From positions 224,001 to 288,000 of the forward strand of contig OZ243037.1 in NCBI GenBank assembly GCA_965212015.1: 64,000 nucleotides of DNA. Direction: 5' to 3'. This document shows positions 20,190 to 30,063 of the stretch, piece by piece. A program made the position numbers and the translations under genes. Numbering within the stretch: position 1 is the first letter of the stretch; every line of letters begins with the position of its first letter. The notes under the pieces were generated by a model that made no database searches, was not told the DNA's origin, and saw nothing but the letters and a program-made list of their open reading frames with translations. The stretch is from Cenarchaeum sp. (lineage in GTDB: Archaea; Thermoproteota; Nitrososphaeria; Nitrososphaerales; Nitrosopumilaceae).

Positions 20190-20419
20190 GTGCGCACGAA
20201 CCTTTTGCACGCGCACTCTGGCACTAGGCACGTCTCTGATTCTCCGATGTGCCTGTCTGCGCCGTGGCCGCACCGGACGTCCTTGCACGTGCCCCTGCCT
20301 GTCTCCCTCCGGATCACACTCTGTGCGATAGAGTTTGCCTTGTCCCTGGCGTACCCCTTTTTGTCCATGTAAAAGTGGACAATCTTGTTGTACAGAAGAT
20401 CCGAATCAATCCTTGCCAA
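20186..20419 (-). CDS. Small Cys/His-rich hypothetical protein
   Basis: 77 aa with CKDVRCGH...H...CLVPECAC, downstream of the Lrp gene. Confidence 0.7.
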   Translation of the reverse strand: MARIDSDLLYNKIVHFYMDKKGYARDKANSIAQSVIRRETGRGTCKDVRCGHGADRHIGESETCLVPECACKRFVRT

Positions 20420-20662
20420 CTAGCGTCCGCCCTGGGAGGGTATCTGGTGAAGCGTTACGGTGGAGCGAATCCTGGGAATCTTTCTTATCTTGCGGACCGT
20501 CCCGTCAAGGCCCTCCTTTGACCCTGCCTGAATCTTGCAAAAAATGTCATAAATGCCGTACGTGCCACGCACCTCGATTACCTCCGATATCCCGCCCAGC
20601 TCATCTATGATTTCCGTCTCCTTTCCCAAGTCGCACTGGATGAGGACGTATACTGTCTCCAT
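20420..20662 (-). CDS. Lrp/AsnC ligand-binding (RAM) domain protein
   Basis: YVLIQCDLGKE...GTYGIYDIFCKI...IRKIPRIRSTVTL. Start set at ATG 20662. Confidence 0.9.
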   Translation of the reverse strand: METVYVLIQCDLGKETEIIDELGGISEVIEVRGTYGIYDIFCKIQAGSKEGLDGTVRKIRKIPRIRSTVTLHQIPSQGGR

Positions 20663-20772
20663 GTCCATTGGCATGCGGCTGTATTTTATATAATCATGCC
20701 TGATCCCAATTCCCGCAAGAGCCGTGCGCCTAGAATCATATATGTGCGGCCTCCCCTTATACATGGCAAGCC

Positions 20773-21537
20773 ATGAGGGCCATATTTTACGTGATAATTC
20801 CCGCCGTGGCGTTTGCACTCGTGCTTGTAAACGCGTTTTTTGGCCACATGATCTTCGAGTCCGGCGATCTGGTTCTCAACAAGTATGCCATTTACATACA
20901 CCTGCAGCCAGAATGGGACAGCCATCCAAGGAACATAATCTATGACGTCACCAATTCGTGGTACAGGACCGGTGACGCACCCGGGCCTGCAAATGCGACA
21001 TACAACGAAAACCGCCTGCAAAAGATCAACGGCAGGCAGTTTGTGGAGCTAAAGCACGGCTTTAGCGACTGCAGGGACGAATGGAGCCCGATCATATACC
21101 GGCAGGCCATAGACGCCGTGCGCCACGAGGTGGACTATCTCTACGGCGTGCAGCTAAGCGCCAATCCCGGAATCTCGGTTTATCCCGACGTGGAAAACAC
21201 GGGGCACGACTCTGGACAGCAGGCTCAAAAAATCCGGGACGGCTATGCGCAGTTCATACCCGTGTGCACGTCAAGGGAAAAGACCACCTACGACTATAGC
21301 ATAAGGACCGATGACGTGGGATTTGACGTGTATTTCGTGGCATCGCAGCAGCAGGCAGAAGATTTCTACGGCGGGGATTTCGGCCATTACGGCGAATCCG
21401 GATGCTTTGCTCGCAACATGAAGAGCTTTAGCGGCACGTGCGACGTGGAGAGGGGCGGCGGCCTGCTGGTGATAGTTCCCGACGAGCTAGAGTCCTCCAC
21501 AAGCAAGATTACCGTAAACCTGTACGAGAGGGACTAG
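20773..21537 (+). CDS. Hypothetical membrane-anchored protein
   Basis: 254-aa ORF with an N-terminal TM segment. Confidence 0.75.
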   Translation: MRAIFYVIIPAVAFALVLVNAFFGHMIFESGDLVLNKYAIYIHLQPEWDSHPRNIIYDVTNSWYRTGDAPGPANATYNENRLQKINGRQFVELKHGFSDCRDEWSPIIYRQAIDAVRHEVDYLYGVQLSANPGISVYPDVENTGHDSGQQAQKIRDGYAQFIPVCTSREKTTYDYSIRTDDVGFDVYFVASQQQAEDFYGGDFGHYGESGCFARNMKSFSGTCDVERGGGLLVIVPDELESSTSKITVNLYERD

Positions 21538-21845
21538 CCAAAGCTGACATACCTGTCGTAGCGCTTTTCAATCTCCTTGTTTTGGCCGTCCATTATCCTG
21601 CGGATCTCTGCTGTCTTGCGGTCCCTGACGTACTGTGTAATCTCGCCATATGCCCCGTCGGCAGGATACGACTCAAAGACCGGCGCGAGCATGCCAAAGT
21701 ATTCTGCCGCCTTGGCGCGAAACTCTTTTCTTGTGGGTTTTTTATGCCCTGCCAGGCGGAACCAGACGGTGGCCCAGCTTGCCCCCACTATGTGCGGCAG
21801 CAGATCAAAGGCCCTTGCAATCTCAAACTCTTGATCGTATCTCAT
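21534..21845 (-). CDS. Hypothetical protein
   Basis: 103-aa ORF overlapping the hemB 3' end on the same strand. Confidence 0.75.
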   Translation of the reverse strand: MRYDQEFEIARAFDLLPHIVGASWATVWFRLAGHKKPTRKEFRAKAAEYFGMLAPVFESYPADGAYGEITQYVRDRKTAEIRRIMDGQNKEIEKRYDRYVSFG

Positions 21846-22818
21846 CTTGCATCATCTCTGCGGCGGTCTTTGCAAAATACGTGACTATCATGTCTGCACC
21901 GGCCCTCTTTATGGAGTGCAGTATCTCGCAGACCAGATCCTTTTCTTGCACCCATCCTTGCAGCGAGGCTGCCTTGACTAGGGCGTACTCGCCTGATACG
22001 CTGTATGCGGCAATCGGGACGTTAAAGCGCCTTTTTGTGTGTGCGATCAGATCCAGATAGGACAGGGCGGGTTTTATCATTACCACGTCTACGCCCTCGT
22101 TAATGTCGGCCTCTATCTCCCTGAGTGCCTCGCGCGCGTTGGTGTACGGGACCTGGTACGTCTTTCTGTCGCCGAATTTTGGCGCACATTCGGCCGCATC
22201 GCGAAACGGAGAGTAAAACGACGATCTGTGCTTTGCCGAATGCGACATTATCGCCACGTCTGAAAACCCCTGCGCGTCAAGCGCAGCCCTGATTGCTGCG
22301 ACCTGTCCGTCCATCATCGCCGACGGGGACACCACGTCGGCGCCTGCCTTTGCCTGGCTTGCCGCAATCCTGGCAAGAACCTCCGTGCTTGAATCGTTGT
22401 CTATCCTGCCGTCCTTGACTAGTCCGCAGTGGCCAGACGTCGTATACTGGCACAGGCACACGTCTGACATGACAGTAATCCTGTCCGTATAACTGCCCTT
22501 GATATCTGCGATCGCCTTTTGCGTGATTCCGTCTGCGTCAAACGCAGACGATCCTGCGTCGTCTTTATTTGCGGGGATTCCAAACACCATCACCGACGAG
22601 ATTCCAAGCCCCAGAATATCGTCGATCTCGCCGGCTATGTCGCCGAGCGGAATCCGGTGTATGCCCGGCATGGATTCTATCTGCGTTTTTTCCCCAAGGC
22701 CCTCCTGTACAAAGACTGGACAGATGAGATCACCTGGCAGGAGTGCAGTCTCCCTGACTAGGCCCCTCATGCTTTCTGACGACCTGAGTCTCCTGAGACG
22801 CCTGGTTGGAAATGACAT
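21823..22818 (-). CDS. hemB: Porphobilinogen synthase
   Basis: RLRRLR, DVCLCQYTTSGHCG, SAMMDG, FYSPFRDA, MIKPA, YSVSGEY. Confidence 0.97.
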   Translation of the reverse strand: MSFPTRRLRRLRSSESMRGLVRETALLPGDLICPVFVQEGLGEKTQIESMPGIHRIPLGDIAGEIDDILGLGISSVMVFGIPANKDDAGSSAFDADGITQKAIADIKGSYTDRITVMSDVCLCQYTTSGHCGLVKDGRIDNDSSTEVLARIAASQAKAGADVVSPSAMMDGQVAAIRAALDAQGFSDVAIMSHSAKHRSSFYSPFRDAAECAPKFGDRKTYQVPYTNAREALREIEADINEGVDVVMIKPALSYLDLIAHTKRRFNVPIAAYSVSGEYALVKAASLQGWVQEKDLVCEILHSIKRAGADMIVTYFAKTAAEMMQDEIRSRV

Positions 22819-22848
22819 GCCGTTGTCTTGGCTTTTGCAAATATAATT

Positions 22849-24111
22849 CTAGTCGGATTCCTTTTTGTAATCAAACAGCCTCGAGGCGGCATTGACGACT
22901 TGGGAGTCGCCCTGCTCTGAGGCCTTTCTCAGGTTGTTCATGGGGACTGACACGGTGCTTTCAATTATTGCCTTTGTCAGGTCCTCGATTATCTTGATCT
23001 CGCCGGCATCCCTGCTGCCCAGCATCTGCAGCGCCTTTTGGAGCTCTTTTTTTCTCAGCGAGTCGACGCTTTTAAAGACGTCCTTTACAATCGGTTCGGC
23101 ATCCAGTCTGTTCATGACGGCATTGACTGTTGGGATTTCATCGTTTATTATGCTTTCAACTGTCTTTACCTTGTTCATCCTGTTTCTCATGTTCTTGTCG
23201 ACCATCTCTGCAATCTGATCCAGGTTCATCAGCTTGATTCCCCCGAGTGTGGCCACCTTTTCATCAACCGTTCTGGGGTTGGACAGATCCAGAATCATCA
23301 TGCCGCCGGCTCTCTCCTTTAGCGCCCCGACTATCCTGTCGTATGTCACCAGAAAATACGGCGCAGTAGTGGCCACGAACAGGACGTCATAGTTGTTGAA
23401 TCCCCCAAGCACGTCCTCGAACCTGGCCGACCTGCCCCCCATCGTCTCGCAAAAGGCCTGCGAGCGCCTGAGCGTCCTGCTTGTCACATCAAAGCCGTAT
23501 CCCCTCCTGCCGAGCGACTTTGCGACAAGCGTTGATACCTCGCCGGTGCCGATGATCAGGATTTTTTTGGACTTTAGGCCGTCAATGTTCTCCTCTGCCA
23601 GCTTTACTGCCATGGAGCCCACCGAAATCCCGCCCTGGCTTATTCCGGTAGAGTTTCTAATCCGGACCCCTATCCGGATTGCCTTGTCAAACAGCGTGTT
23701 TAGCTTTTCGCCTGACGCCCTGACTGATCTTGATGCCGTGATGGATTCCTTGATCTGTCCCAGAATCTGCTCCTCGCCTATCACCATCGAGTCCAGTCCT
23801 GATGTGAGCCTCAGCAGGTGCTCAAGGACGCCGCCGTCTGTGGCGAATCTCACCTCCTCGAGTGCCTCCTTTTCCAGTCCGGCAAGCGACGCCCATGTTT
23901 TTTTGATCTTTTCTGCGTCAAAATCCGGCGACGCGCCGAACAGCTCTACCCTGTTGCAGGTCTGCACTATAACGCACTCGTCCAGGCCCGAATGTTCCAT
24001 GAACCTTGCCAGCGCCGAATCCCGGTCCTTGAAGGTAAATCTTTCCAGAACGTGTATTGGCGCGGTGTGAAAGGTTATCCTTGCATTTACCAGCTTTTGC
24101 TTCATTTCCAT
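22849..24111 (-). CDS. hemA: Glutamyl-tRNA reductase
   Basis: TCNRVE, SGLDSMVIGEEQILGQ, IGTGE, DLSNPR. Confidence 0.96.
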   Translation of the reverse strand: MEMKQKLVNARITFHTAPIHVLERFTFKDRDSALARFMEHSGLDECVIVQTCNRVELFGASPDFDAEKIKKTWASLAGLEKEALEEVRFATDGGVLEHLLRLTSGLDSMVIGEEQILGQIKESITASRSVRASGEKLNTLFDKAIRIGVRIRNSTGISQGGISVGSMAVKLAEENIDGLKSKKILIIGTGEVSTLVAKSLGRRGYGFDVTSRTLRRSQAFCETMGGRSARFEDVLGGFNNYDVLFVATTAPYFLVTYDRIVGALKERAGGMMILDLSNPRTVDEKVATLGGIKLMNLDQIAEMVDKNMRNRMNKVKTVESIINDEIPTVNAVMNRLDAEPIVKDVFKSVDSLRKKELQKALQMLGSRDAGEIKIIEDLTKAIIESTVSVPMNNLRKASEQGDSQVVNAASRLFDYKKESD

Positions 24112-24755
24112 TCCTTTAGAAGAGTCATTGCCCGTCTCTGTGCCATGTTTAGCTTGCCGTCTTTTATTAACTGTTCAATCTCGCCGTCGCCTGCCAGCCT
24201 GTACAGGTATCTTTTTCGCTGTGCCTGCGTGCCAAGCCTCTTTTTTGCCTCCTCCCTCATGCGCTCCTGCAGCCTTATCTGCAAAACGTCCTCTTTTTTT
24301 ATGACCTCCCTTAGCACTCGTTCTGCCTTTTGCGTTATTTTTTTGGCCATGACGGGGCTTTTTCCGCCAGTCGATACGGCCACCTGGACTGAATCCAGTA
24401 TGTTTATCACCGAGGGGTGTGCAAAATCGCTGGATTTTGGATCATCAGAGGCGTAGGCAAAACAGTTCATCGCCCTTGCCTTTTTTGCGATTTTTCTGTT
24501 CAGCTCGTGATCGTCTGTGGCGGCCATTACCATGCGGGGCCTGTATCCTGAGAGAAATCCGGCGCCTTTCAGCCTTGCCTCCTTGAAGCGGATTTTTTTT
24601 TCAGCCGCGTATTTTTTGATCTGAGGGCCTGCCGTCTCGGCTATTACCAGTATCTTGCAGTCCTGCGTGCGCAAAGAGTTGATTTTTTTCAGGGCCTCGG
24701 CGCCTGCCCCGACTATGATTACCAGGCCCCCGTGAAGGTGCAAATCGACGATCAA
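24102..24755 (-). CDS. Precorrin-2 dehydrogenase/sirohydrochlorin ferrochelatase (SirC/CysG N-terminal type)
   Basis: IIVGAGAEALKK, MAATDD...LN, DFAHP, VSTGGKSP. TTG start at 24755 inferred. Confidence 0.9.
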   Translation of the reverse strand: MIVDLHLHGGLVIIVGAGAEALKKINSLRTQDCKILVIAETAGPQIKKYAAEKKIRFKEARLKGAGFLSGYRPRMVMAATDDHELNRKIAKKARAMNCFAYASDDPKSSDFAHPSVINILDSVQVAVSTGGKSPVMAKKITQKAERVLREVIKKEDVLQIRLQERMREEAKKRLGTQAQRKRYLYRLAGDGEIEQLIKDGKLNMAQRRAMTLLKEWK

Positions 24756-24789
24756 TCGATTCTGCAGGTGTGATTTTCTATTTAAAACT

Positions 24790-25248
24790 ATGATCGCCTC
24801 CTGCAGGCGACGATCCCGGCGGCCGGGAATCTTCTTTAGGTACTGCCTGCATATTGTGGCCGTGGACAGATACAGGATGCTAGTGTGTGCCGGAATTGTG
24901 GCGGTGGCCGTCATGGCGGTGTTTTTCGGCAAGGACGTGCTGCGCGGACACATTGCATTGCAAGAGTACGAGATCTATGTCGATCCGCTCATCGACAAGC
25001 AAAACCTGTTTGTCACGGGCCGCGTCACCATACAGAACACCGGCGGCCAGCCGCTAACCAACGTGGTTGTGTACTTTGGCGGCGGCGACACGCTGGAGCT
25101 TGGCACGCTTGATGCGGGGCAAATGGTGATAGTCTCGCCCCCGCCTGAGGACGCGATGCGCCACGTCATGGTTTCCGCCGATCCGGACATCTTTGTGAGC
25201 AAGGCATACCGGGAGCCGCCAAAAATGGTGGGCATGATGGGCTCGTAG
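24790..25248 (+). CDS. Hypothetical membrane-anchored Ig-like protein (true start probably near 24856-24877)
   Basis: TM segment then [16 protein letters not shown] (CARDB-like). Confidence 0.7.
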   Translation: MIASCRRRSRRPGIFFRYCLHIVAVDRYRMLVCAGIVAVAVMAVFFGKDVLRGHIALQEYEIYVDPLIDKQNLFVTGRVTIQNTGGQPLTNVVVYFGGGDTLELGTLDAGQMVIVSPPPEDAMRHVMVSADPDIFVSKAYREPPKMVGMMGS

Positions 25249-25292
25249 GTTCTTACGAGCAGTTAAATGACATTGCCTGCAAAACACCCTGT

Positions 25293-26117
25293 TTGAGGTT
25301 TCTGGCGTCGGGAAAGGTAAAGGACATTTACGAGCTAGACGATTCTAGCCTCCTGTTCCGGTTCAGTGACAGGGTGTCTGCGTATGACGTAAAATTCAAA
25401 GAAGAGATACCCAAAAAGGGCCGCGTCCTGTGCGCATTTGCGCAGTACTGGTTTGAGAACATACCCGTGGACAATCACTTTGTCAAAAAAAAATCCGACA
25501 CTGAGATTGTGGTGAAAAAAATGGACATGGTGCCCATGGAATGCGTCGTCCGGGGCTACCTCTACGGGAGCCTGGCAGACCGGTGCTCCAGGGGGCTGGC
25601 AGATCTTCCCGACGGCGCAAGCGGGCAGCTTGCATCGCGCCTTCCGCGGCCGGTATTTGATCCCACCACAAAGTCCGAGCACGACGTCCCAGTCGACAGG
25701 CAAAAGGCGCTGGGAATGAACCTTGTAACTGCGCGCGAGTTTGACTGGCTTGAATCCAAGTCCATTGAGATCTATGAGGCCATGACTCGAATCGCAGACG
25801 GTGCGGGATTTGTTCTTGCGGATTTGAAGCTGGAATTTGGCAGGCTTGGGGGCAGGCTGGTGCTGGGCGACTCGATCGGGCCCGACGAGCACAGGCTGTG
25901 GCTCAAGGACGACTATCGTGCGGGGCAGATACAGCAGGCATACGACAAGCAGATTCTGCGCGACTGGCTTGCCGCACAGGGATATCAAAAACAGTTCGAC
26001 GAGGTGCGCGGTGAGGGCAGGCAGCCAGTTGCTCCGCCCATTCCGGATGCAATCATACAAAAAATGACACAGCGGTACACTGTTGCCTGCCAGAGAATCA
26101 CCAGTCGGGCACTCTGA
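25293..26117 (+). CDS. purC: SAICAR synthase
   Basis: [34 protein letters not shown]. Confidence 0.96.
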   Translation: MRFLASGKVKDIYELDDSSLLFRFSDRVSAYDVKFKEEIPKKGRVLCAFAQYWFENIPVDNHFVKKKSDTEIVVKKMDMVPMECVVRGYLYGSLADRCSRGLADLPDGASGQLASRLPRPVFDPTTKSEHDVPVDRQKALGMNLVTAREFDWLESKSIEIYEAMTRIADGAGFVLADLKLEFGRLGGRLVLGDSIGPDEHRLWLKDDYRAGQIQQAYDKQILRDWLAAQGYQKQFDEVRGEGRQPVAPPIPDAIIQKMTQRYTVACQRITSRAL

Positions 26118-26250
26118 CTCGAATTAGTTTTTGCCTGACGCACGGCATGGCGGGTGTTTTGCGGCACATTTGGCACATTTTGGGGCATTGCCGCAAAATC
26201 CGGCATTTCTGACTGTTATCAAATATGTTGGTCAGTTATCATGCAAATAA

Positions 26251-26410
26251 TAGCATAATTATACGTATTATAGTACAATTATACATATTGTAGCACAATT
26301 ATGCACATTGTAGTACAATTATACATATTGTAGCATAACCATGCATATTGTACCACAACTATACATATTGTAGTGCAACTATGTATATGATAGCATATTT
26401 ATGAAAATAG
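26251..26410. repeat. Eight degenerate 20-bp tandem repeats (consensus TAGYACAATTATACATATTG)
   Basis: Exact 20-bp register starting at 26251. Dyad TACAAT-N7-ATTGTA in the best copies. Upstream of an ArsR-type gene. Confidence 0.9.
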
Positions 26411-26529
26411 TAGTGTTAGCAGATATGTTGGTCCGGCTACGATATGTTTGGTAGCAAAAAAAATTAATGCGATTGGACAAAAAAACCTGATGCTGGTAAT
26501 TTTTAGCTTGGCTGCAGATATCACAACAC

Positions 26530-27042
26530 ATGTCTGCGCTGCTAGAAAAGCAAATCCGGGTGAACCGAATAATGACTACGAGCATAAATCAGGCAAAGGC
26601 CATAGAGGACAAATCCCGCGCAAGGATAATCGAGGTGCTGTACCACAAATCGATGAATGCCGAGCAGATTGCCAAGCAGCTAAAAAAATCCGGCCAGAAC
26701 AAGGCCCTGACTACCATAAGGCACCACCTTGAAATTCTCAAGGAATCGGGCCTAATAGAGATAGTAAAGATCGAGGAAACGAGAGGGGCGATAACCAAAT
26801 ACTATGGAACGTCGACCAAACTGCTAGGGTATAATGCCCCAGAGGATTTCGACAAGAGATACTCCTCTGTCATAAAAAACACCTCCAAAAAACTCGAAGA
26901 CATACTGGAAAAAATTGCCCCAAAGGCAGCAATGTCTAAAAAAAAGCCAGATCCGTTATACTCCCAGTATGTAGTAACGGAGATAGTCAACAGGGCCATG
27001 GCGCAAGCCATGGAATGCACGCAAAAACCCGGAAAAAAATGA
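26530..27042 (+). CDS. ArsR-family winged-helix transcriptional regulator
   Basis: EDKSRARIIEVL...NAEQIA...TTIRHHLEILKESGLIEI...KYY. Confidence 0.9.
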   Translation: MSALLEKQIRVNRIMTTSINQAKAIEDKSRARIIEVLYHKSMNAEQIAKQLKKSGQNKALTTIRHHLEILKESGLIEIVKIEETRGAITKYYGTSTKLLGYNAPEDFDKRYSSVIKNTSKKLEDILEKIAPKAAMSKKKPDPLYSQYVVTEIVNRAMAQAMECTQKPGKK

Positions 27043-27073
27043 GGGATCCGGAGGCTGCGCCGTTTTCCCGTAA

Positions 27074-27532
27074 ATGCCGGCCAAAAGACAAAATGACTGC
27101 CACGGTGCCAAGAAAATGAGCGGCGTACCTGATCCCGGGGTAATCCGCCTATTCCGGGAAAAAAATCTGGTCTTTATCGCCACCGTAATGGGTGACGGTT
27201 CACCGCAGCTGTCGCCGGTCTGGGGTGATTTTGCAGACGGCCACATACTGATAAACACCGCACAGGGAAGGGTAAAGCACAAAAACATCCTGCGGGATCC
27301 CAGGGTGGCAGTCTCTGTGGTCGGCAGCGCCGATTCACTGGACATGACTGCCATACGAGGCAGGGTAGTTGAGATAATCCCGGATTATGACTATGTACAC
27401 GCCGACAAGCTTGCGAAAAAATACATGGGCCTAGAAAGATATCCGTACAGGCGCCCCGGTGAAAAAAGAATCATACTAAAAATAGCGCCCGAAAAGATTT
27501 TTGTCATGCCAGAGATGCGCACCGATCCGTAA
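27074..27532 (+). CDS. PPOX-class F420-dependent oxidoreductase (start possibly 27116)
   Basis: ATVMGDGSPQLSPVW, KHKNILRDPRVAVSV, LAKKYMG...R. Confidence 0.9.
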   Translation: MPAKRQNDCHGAKKMSGVPDPGVIRLFREKNLVFIATVMGDGSPQLSPVWGDFADGHILINTAQGRVKHKNILRDPRVAVSVVGSADSLDMTAIRGRVVEIIPDYDYVHADKLAKKYMGLERYPYRRPGEKRIILKIAPEKIFVMPEMRTDP

Positions 27533-27542
27533 AAGTGATATA

Positions 27543-27564
27543 TTTCTAAATTCGAATTTAGAAA
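27543..27564. repeat. 22-bp palindromic dispersed motif, copy 1 (perfect)
   Basis: TTTCTAAATTCGAATTTAGAAA. Confidence 0.85.
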
Positions 27565-27640
27565 CATTCCAAACCGTCAGTGCGGAATCATTGCGCAAAA
27601 GACAGACAGGGATTCTTAAAAAAAATAGTTGACGGTGCTA

Positions 27641-28012
27641 CTAGCGACGTTTCCTACGTTTTGGCCCGCTCTTCTTTGCGGTGGTTCGTCTCTTTCGACG
27701 CTTTGTGACCTTTTTTGTAGTCGTTCGTCGCTTTCGGCGTTTTGTAACCTTCTTTGCAGAGGTTCGCCTCTTTCGGCGTTTTGTGACCTTTTTTGTAGTC
27801 GCTCGTCTTTTTGTTGTTTTGCGCTTCGCCCCGCTTTTCTTTGCGGCAGTTCGCCTTGTTCGGCGCTTTGCGCCTTTCTTTGCGATGCTGCTCTTTCTTT
27901 TTGTTGCAGCTCGCCTCTTTTTGGTGGCTTCTGCCTTTACTTTTGCGTTGCGCTTTCTTGTGCGTGCACCTCTTTTGGCTGCTGCACTGCGCTTAGCTTT
28001 TGATATTGCCAT
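27641..28012 (-). CDS. Lys/Arg-rich histone H1-like/protamine-like basic protein
   Basis: 123 aa dominated by K, R, T and A, with three copies of KKVTKRRKRRT. Confidence 0.8.
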   Translation of the reverse strand: MAISKAKRSAAAKRGARTRKRNAKVKAEATKKRRAATKRKSSIAKKGAKRRTRRTAAKKSGAKRKTTKRRATTKKVTKRRKRRTSAKKVTKRRKRRTTTKKVTKRRKRRTTAKKSGPKRRKRR

Positions 28013-28143
28013 TACTTGACACGATAAACATTGTCTCTTATGTGGTACAAGTCACGATTTTTTGCTTTAATGATGTATTTTTTTGATCAAATTGCAACAT
28101 GCGATCACATTATTACATGCGATCACAACGATCTGTATCCGGC

Positions 28144-28638
28144 TTATGGGCTGGGGCAGTTCAGCAGGCAGACTATGCCAATGTCCTGTGATGACTGGAT
28201 TTTTGTAGGTATGATTCCAATCTTGTACTGTCCGTCCTCGTCAAATGGAATGTCAAACTGCGTGGTCCACGTGGATTCCTTGCCTGGCTGCAGGTAGTAA
28301 TCAAGCAAATCCTCGTCTGAAAACTCGCCAAAAACGGGCTGTGTTTTTCTGTCATTTTCGTCTATTATATGGAACTGCCCGCCTGACATTCTTGTCTCCT
28401 CCTCGCCCAGATTGGTGGCCCTGATCCGTATCTTTACAAAGACATTATCTGGCGTATTTTCCTCGTTTCCGCCGTGTGTTCCCTCGTATTCTATGACATA
28501 CCTGACCGGACCCACCTGTACTGCCTCCCCTGCATCCACATAGATCAAGTCCACCTGGAATTCGTCGTAATAGTATATTGCGACTGCGACTGAGATTGCC
28601 ACTCCGACCACCACCGCTATCATTCCTATTTTTACCAT
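28144..28638 (-). CDS. DUF4352-like membrane-anchored Ig-fold protein
   Basis: TM then FVKIRIRATNLG...F.IIDEN...LQPGKE...FDIP. Confidence 0.8.
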   Translation of the reverse strand: MVKIGMIAVVVGVAISVAVAIYYYDEFQVDLIYVDAGEAVQVGPVRYVIEYEGTHGGNEENTPDNVFVKIRIRATNLGEEETRMSGGQFHIIDENDRKTQPVFGEFSDEDLLDYYLQPGKESTWTTQFDIPFDEDGQYKIGIIPTKIQSSQDIGIVCLLNCPSP

Positions 28639-28892
28639 TTCCTGACCATGAAATCCGGCCGTATATAGATGATATTTGCGGCAAACGGAGGGGTTTAGCT
28701 TTTGTTCCTGAGTATAATTGATCACAAGAGTTGATCTGGGCCATGTGGGTGTTTTGGGGCTTGGATGCCGCATACACGCACGAGTGTTAAACCCCCCCTC
28801 AGATCGGGTGTTTTTGAAAAAACCGCGCCGTGCCTAGGACGGGTGGATGTGCCGGGGGGTTTAGCTTTTGGGCGCAAATGCCGGTTTTTGGC

Positions 28893-29351
28893 TCAGAACG
28901 TCTTCATCAGATAGTGGGCCGTCTTGTCGCTCATCTCTGCCACTCTTTTGATTGCATCGCCAAAATCGCCCTGGTTTAGCTGCTCTTTTTTGTCCAGGAC
29001 TGCGTAAACGCCGACTAATTTTTTGCCGTCCTCGTCTGAAAACTTGCATATGGCCTGAATCGACTGGCAATAGTCTGCAACCTTTTCCTCAAAGTTCTCC
29101 TTTTCGCTGTCTGTGAGCTTGAGATATCTTGCATTCTGGTTGTTTTTTAGGGGGCATTTTGCACCCAAAACCAGCACGCCGGGCTGGGTTTTTGGCTCAA
29201 ATATCTCCAGTCTGTTGCCAAAGCTTCCGATGTGCCTTATCAAAACCCGAAACGAATCCTCGTCTGTCTTTGCATTCTTGAAGGAGTAATTCTCGTGCAC
29301 CAGCCACCGCTCCACGCTGTCCATAAGATGCCTGTCGCCCAACACGTGCAT
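28893..29351 (-). CDS. DUF2299-like hypothetical protein
   Basis: VERWLVHENYSF N-terminus, typical of this archaeal family. Confidence 0.65.
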   Translation of the reverse strand: MHVLGDRHLMDSVERWLVHENYSFKNAKTDEDSFRVLIRHIGSFGNRLEIFEPKTQPGVLVLGAKCPLKNNQNARYLKLTDSEKENFEEKVADYCQSIQAICKFSDEDGKKLVGVYAVLDKKEQLNQGDFGDAIKRVAEMSDKTAHYLMKTF

Positions 29352-29407
29352 GCCGTCTTTTGCCTAATATTATGATGCTGGTTGTTTTACTGCGTGCGTT
29401 ATTCATG

Positions 29408-29429
29408 TTTCAGAACTCGAGTTTAGAAA
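29408..29429. repeat. 22-bp palindromic dispersed motif, copy 2
   Basis: TTTCAGAACTCGAGTTTAGAAA, with flanks in reverse orientation to copies 1 and 3. Confidence 0.75.
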
Positions 29430-29452
29430 TATCGCAAACTGCGGGCGCGCAG

Positions 29453-29683
29453 TTAAATGTCGAGGCCTATGCCGCGCTCGACTTCGACTTGCGGCCAGAC
29501 CAGCAGGTTAAACACGATTCCTATCACGGCGAGCACTATTCCAAGATACATGCAGTTTTTCGCCTTTCTCGGATCGTCGCGACGCAGCACAAAGTATGCT
29601 ATTATGCCGCCCACAAGGCCGAGAAAAATAGGGAGCAAAAACCACCAGTTGCTTTTTTGCTTTTCTGGATACATTACACGCAA
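29453..29683 (-). CDS. Small two-TM membrane protein
   Basis: SNWWFLLPIFLGLVGGIIAYFVLRRDDPRKAKNC. Confidence 0.8.
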   Translation of the reverse strand: MRVMYPEKQKSNWWFLLPIFLGLVGGIIAYFVLRRDDPRKAKNCMYLGIVLAVIGIVFNLLVWPQVEVERGIGLDI

Positions 29684-29701
29684 AAACTCCGGCCGATGTA
29701 A

Positions 29702-29950
29702 TTATGTCTTTGCTGCAAGTTTTTTTTGCTCCTGTGTTATCTCTATTTCCACGGACTCTAGTGGGTCTGCCACCTGGTTGCGCCTTATGGCGAACATCTT
29801 TGGACGATCAAAGTCTGCCGTGCAGTCGGGGCATGCATAGACTAGTATCCTGTGCTCGTTTGGGGCCTTTGGATTTGAGAGCCTCGGATAGTATACCAGC
29901 CTTGCGCCGCAATCAACGCAATACCTGTTGGCTCGCCGTGTTCTGGCCAA
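29702..29950 (-). CDS. Small zinc-ribbon protein
   Basis: CVDCG...CPDC. Confidence 0.75.
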   Translation of the reverse strand: MARTRRANRYCVDCGARLVYYPRLSNPKAPNEHRILVYACPDCTADFDRPKMFAIRRNQVADPLESVEIEITQEQKKLAAKT

Positions 29951-30041
29951 TGCAAACCTCCTGCATTGTATGGTATATGCGATCAGTTATTTGATCTATC
30001 TAGTCTAATTAGATGCACCAAATGGTATTCTGCGATCAATA

Positions 30042-30063
30042 TTTCTAAACTCGAATTTGGAAA
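30042..30063. repeat. 22-bp palindromic dispersed motif, copy 3
   Basis: TTTCTAAACTCGAATTTGGAAA, with the same flanks (ATA...CATT) as copy 1. Confidence 0.8.

Noticed and set aside
26157-26198. 10-bp inverted repeat TTTTGCGGCA...TGCCGCAAAA after purC
   Set aside because: Possible terminator hairpin, but single and with a long loop, so too little support to call.
26251-26410. CRISPR array or coding repeat
   Set aside because: Units are contiguous with no spacers, and the 20-bp period is not a multiple of 3.
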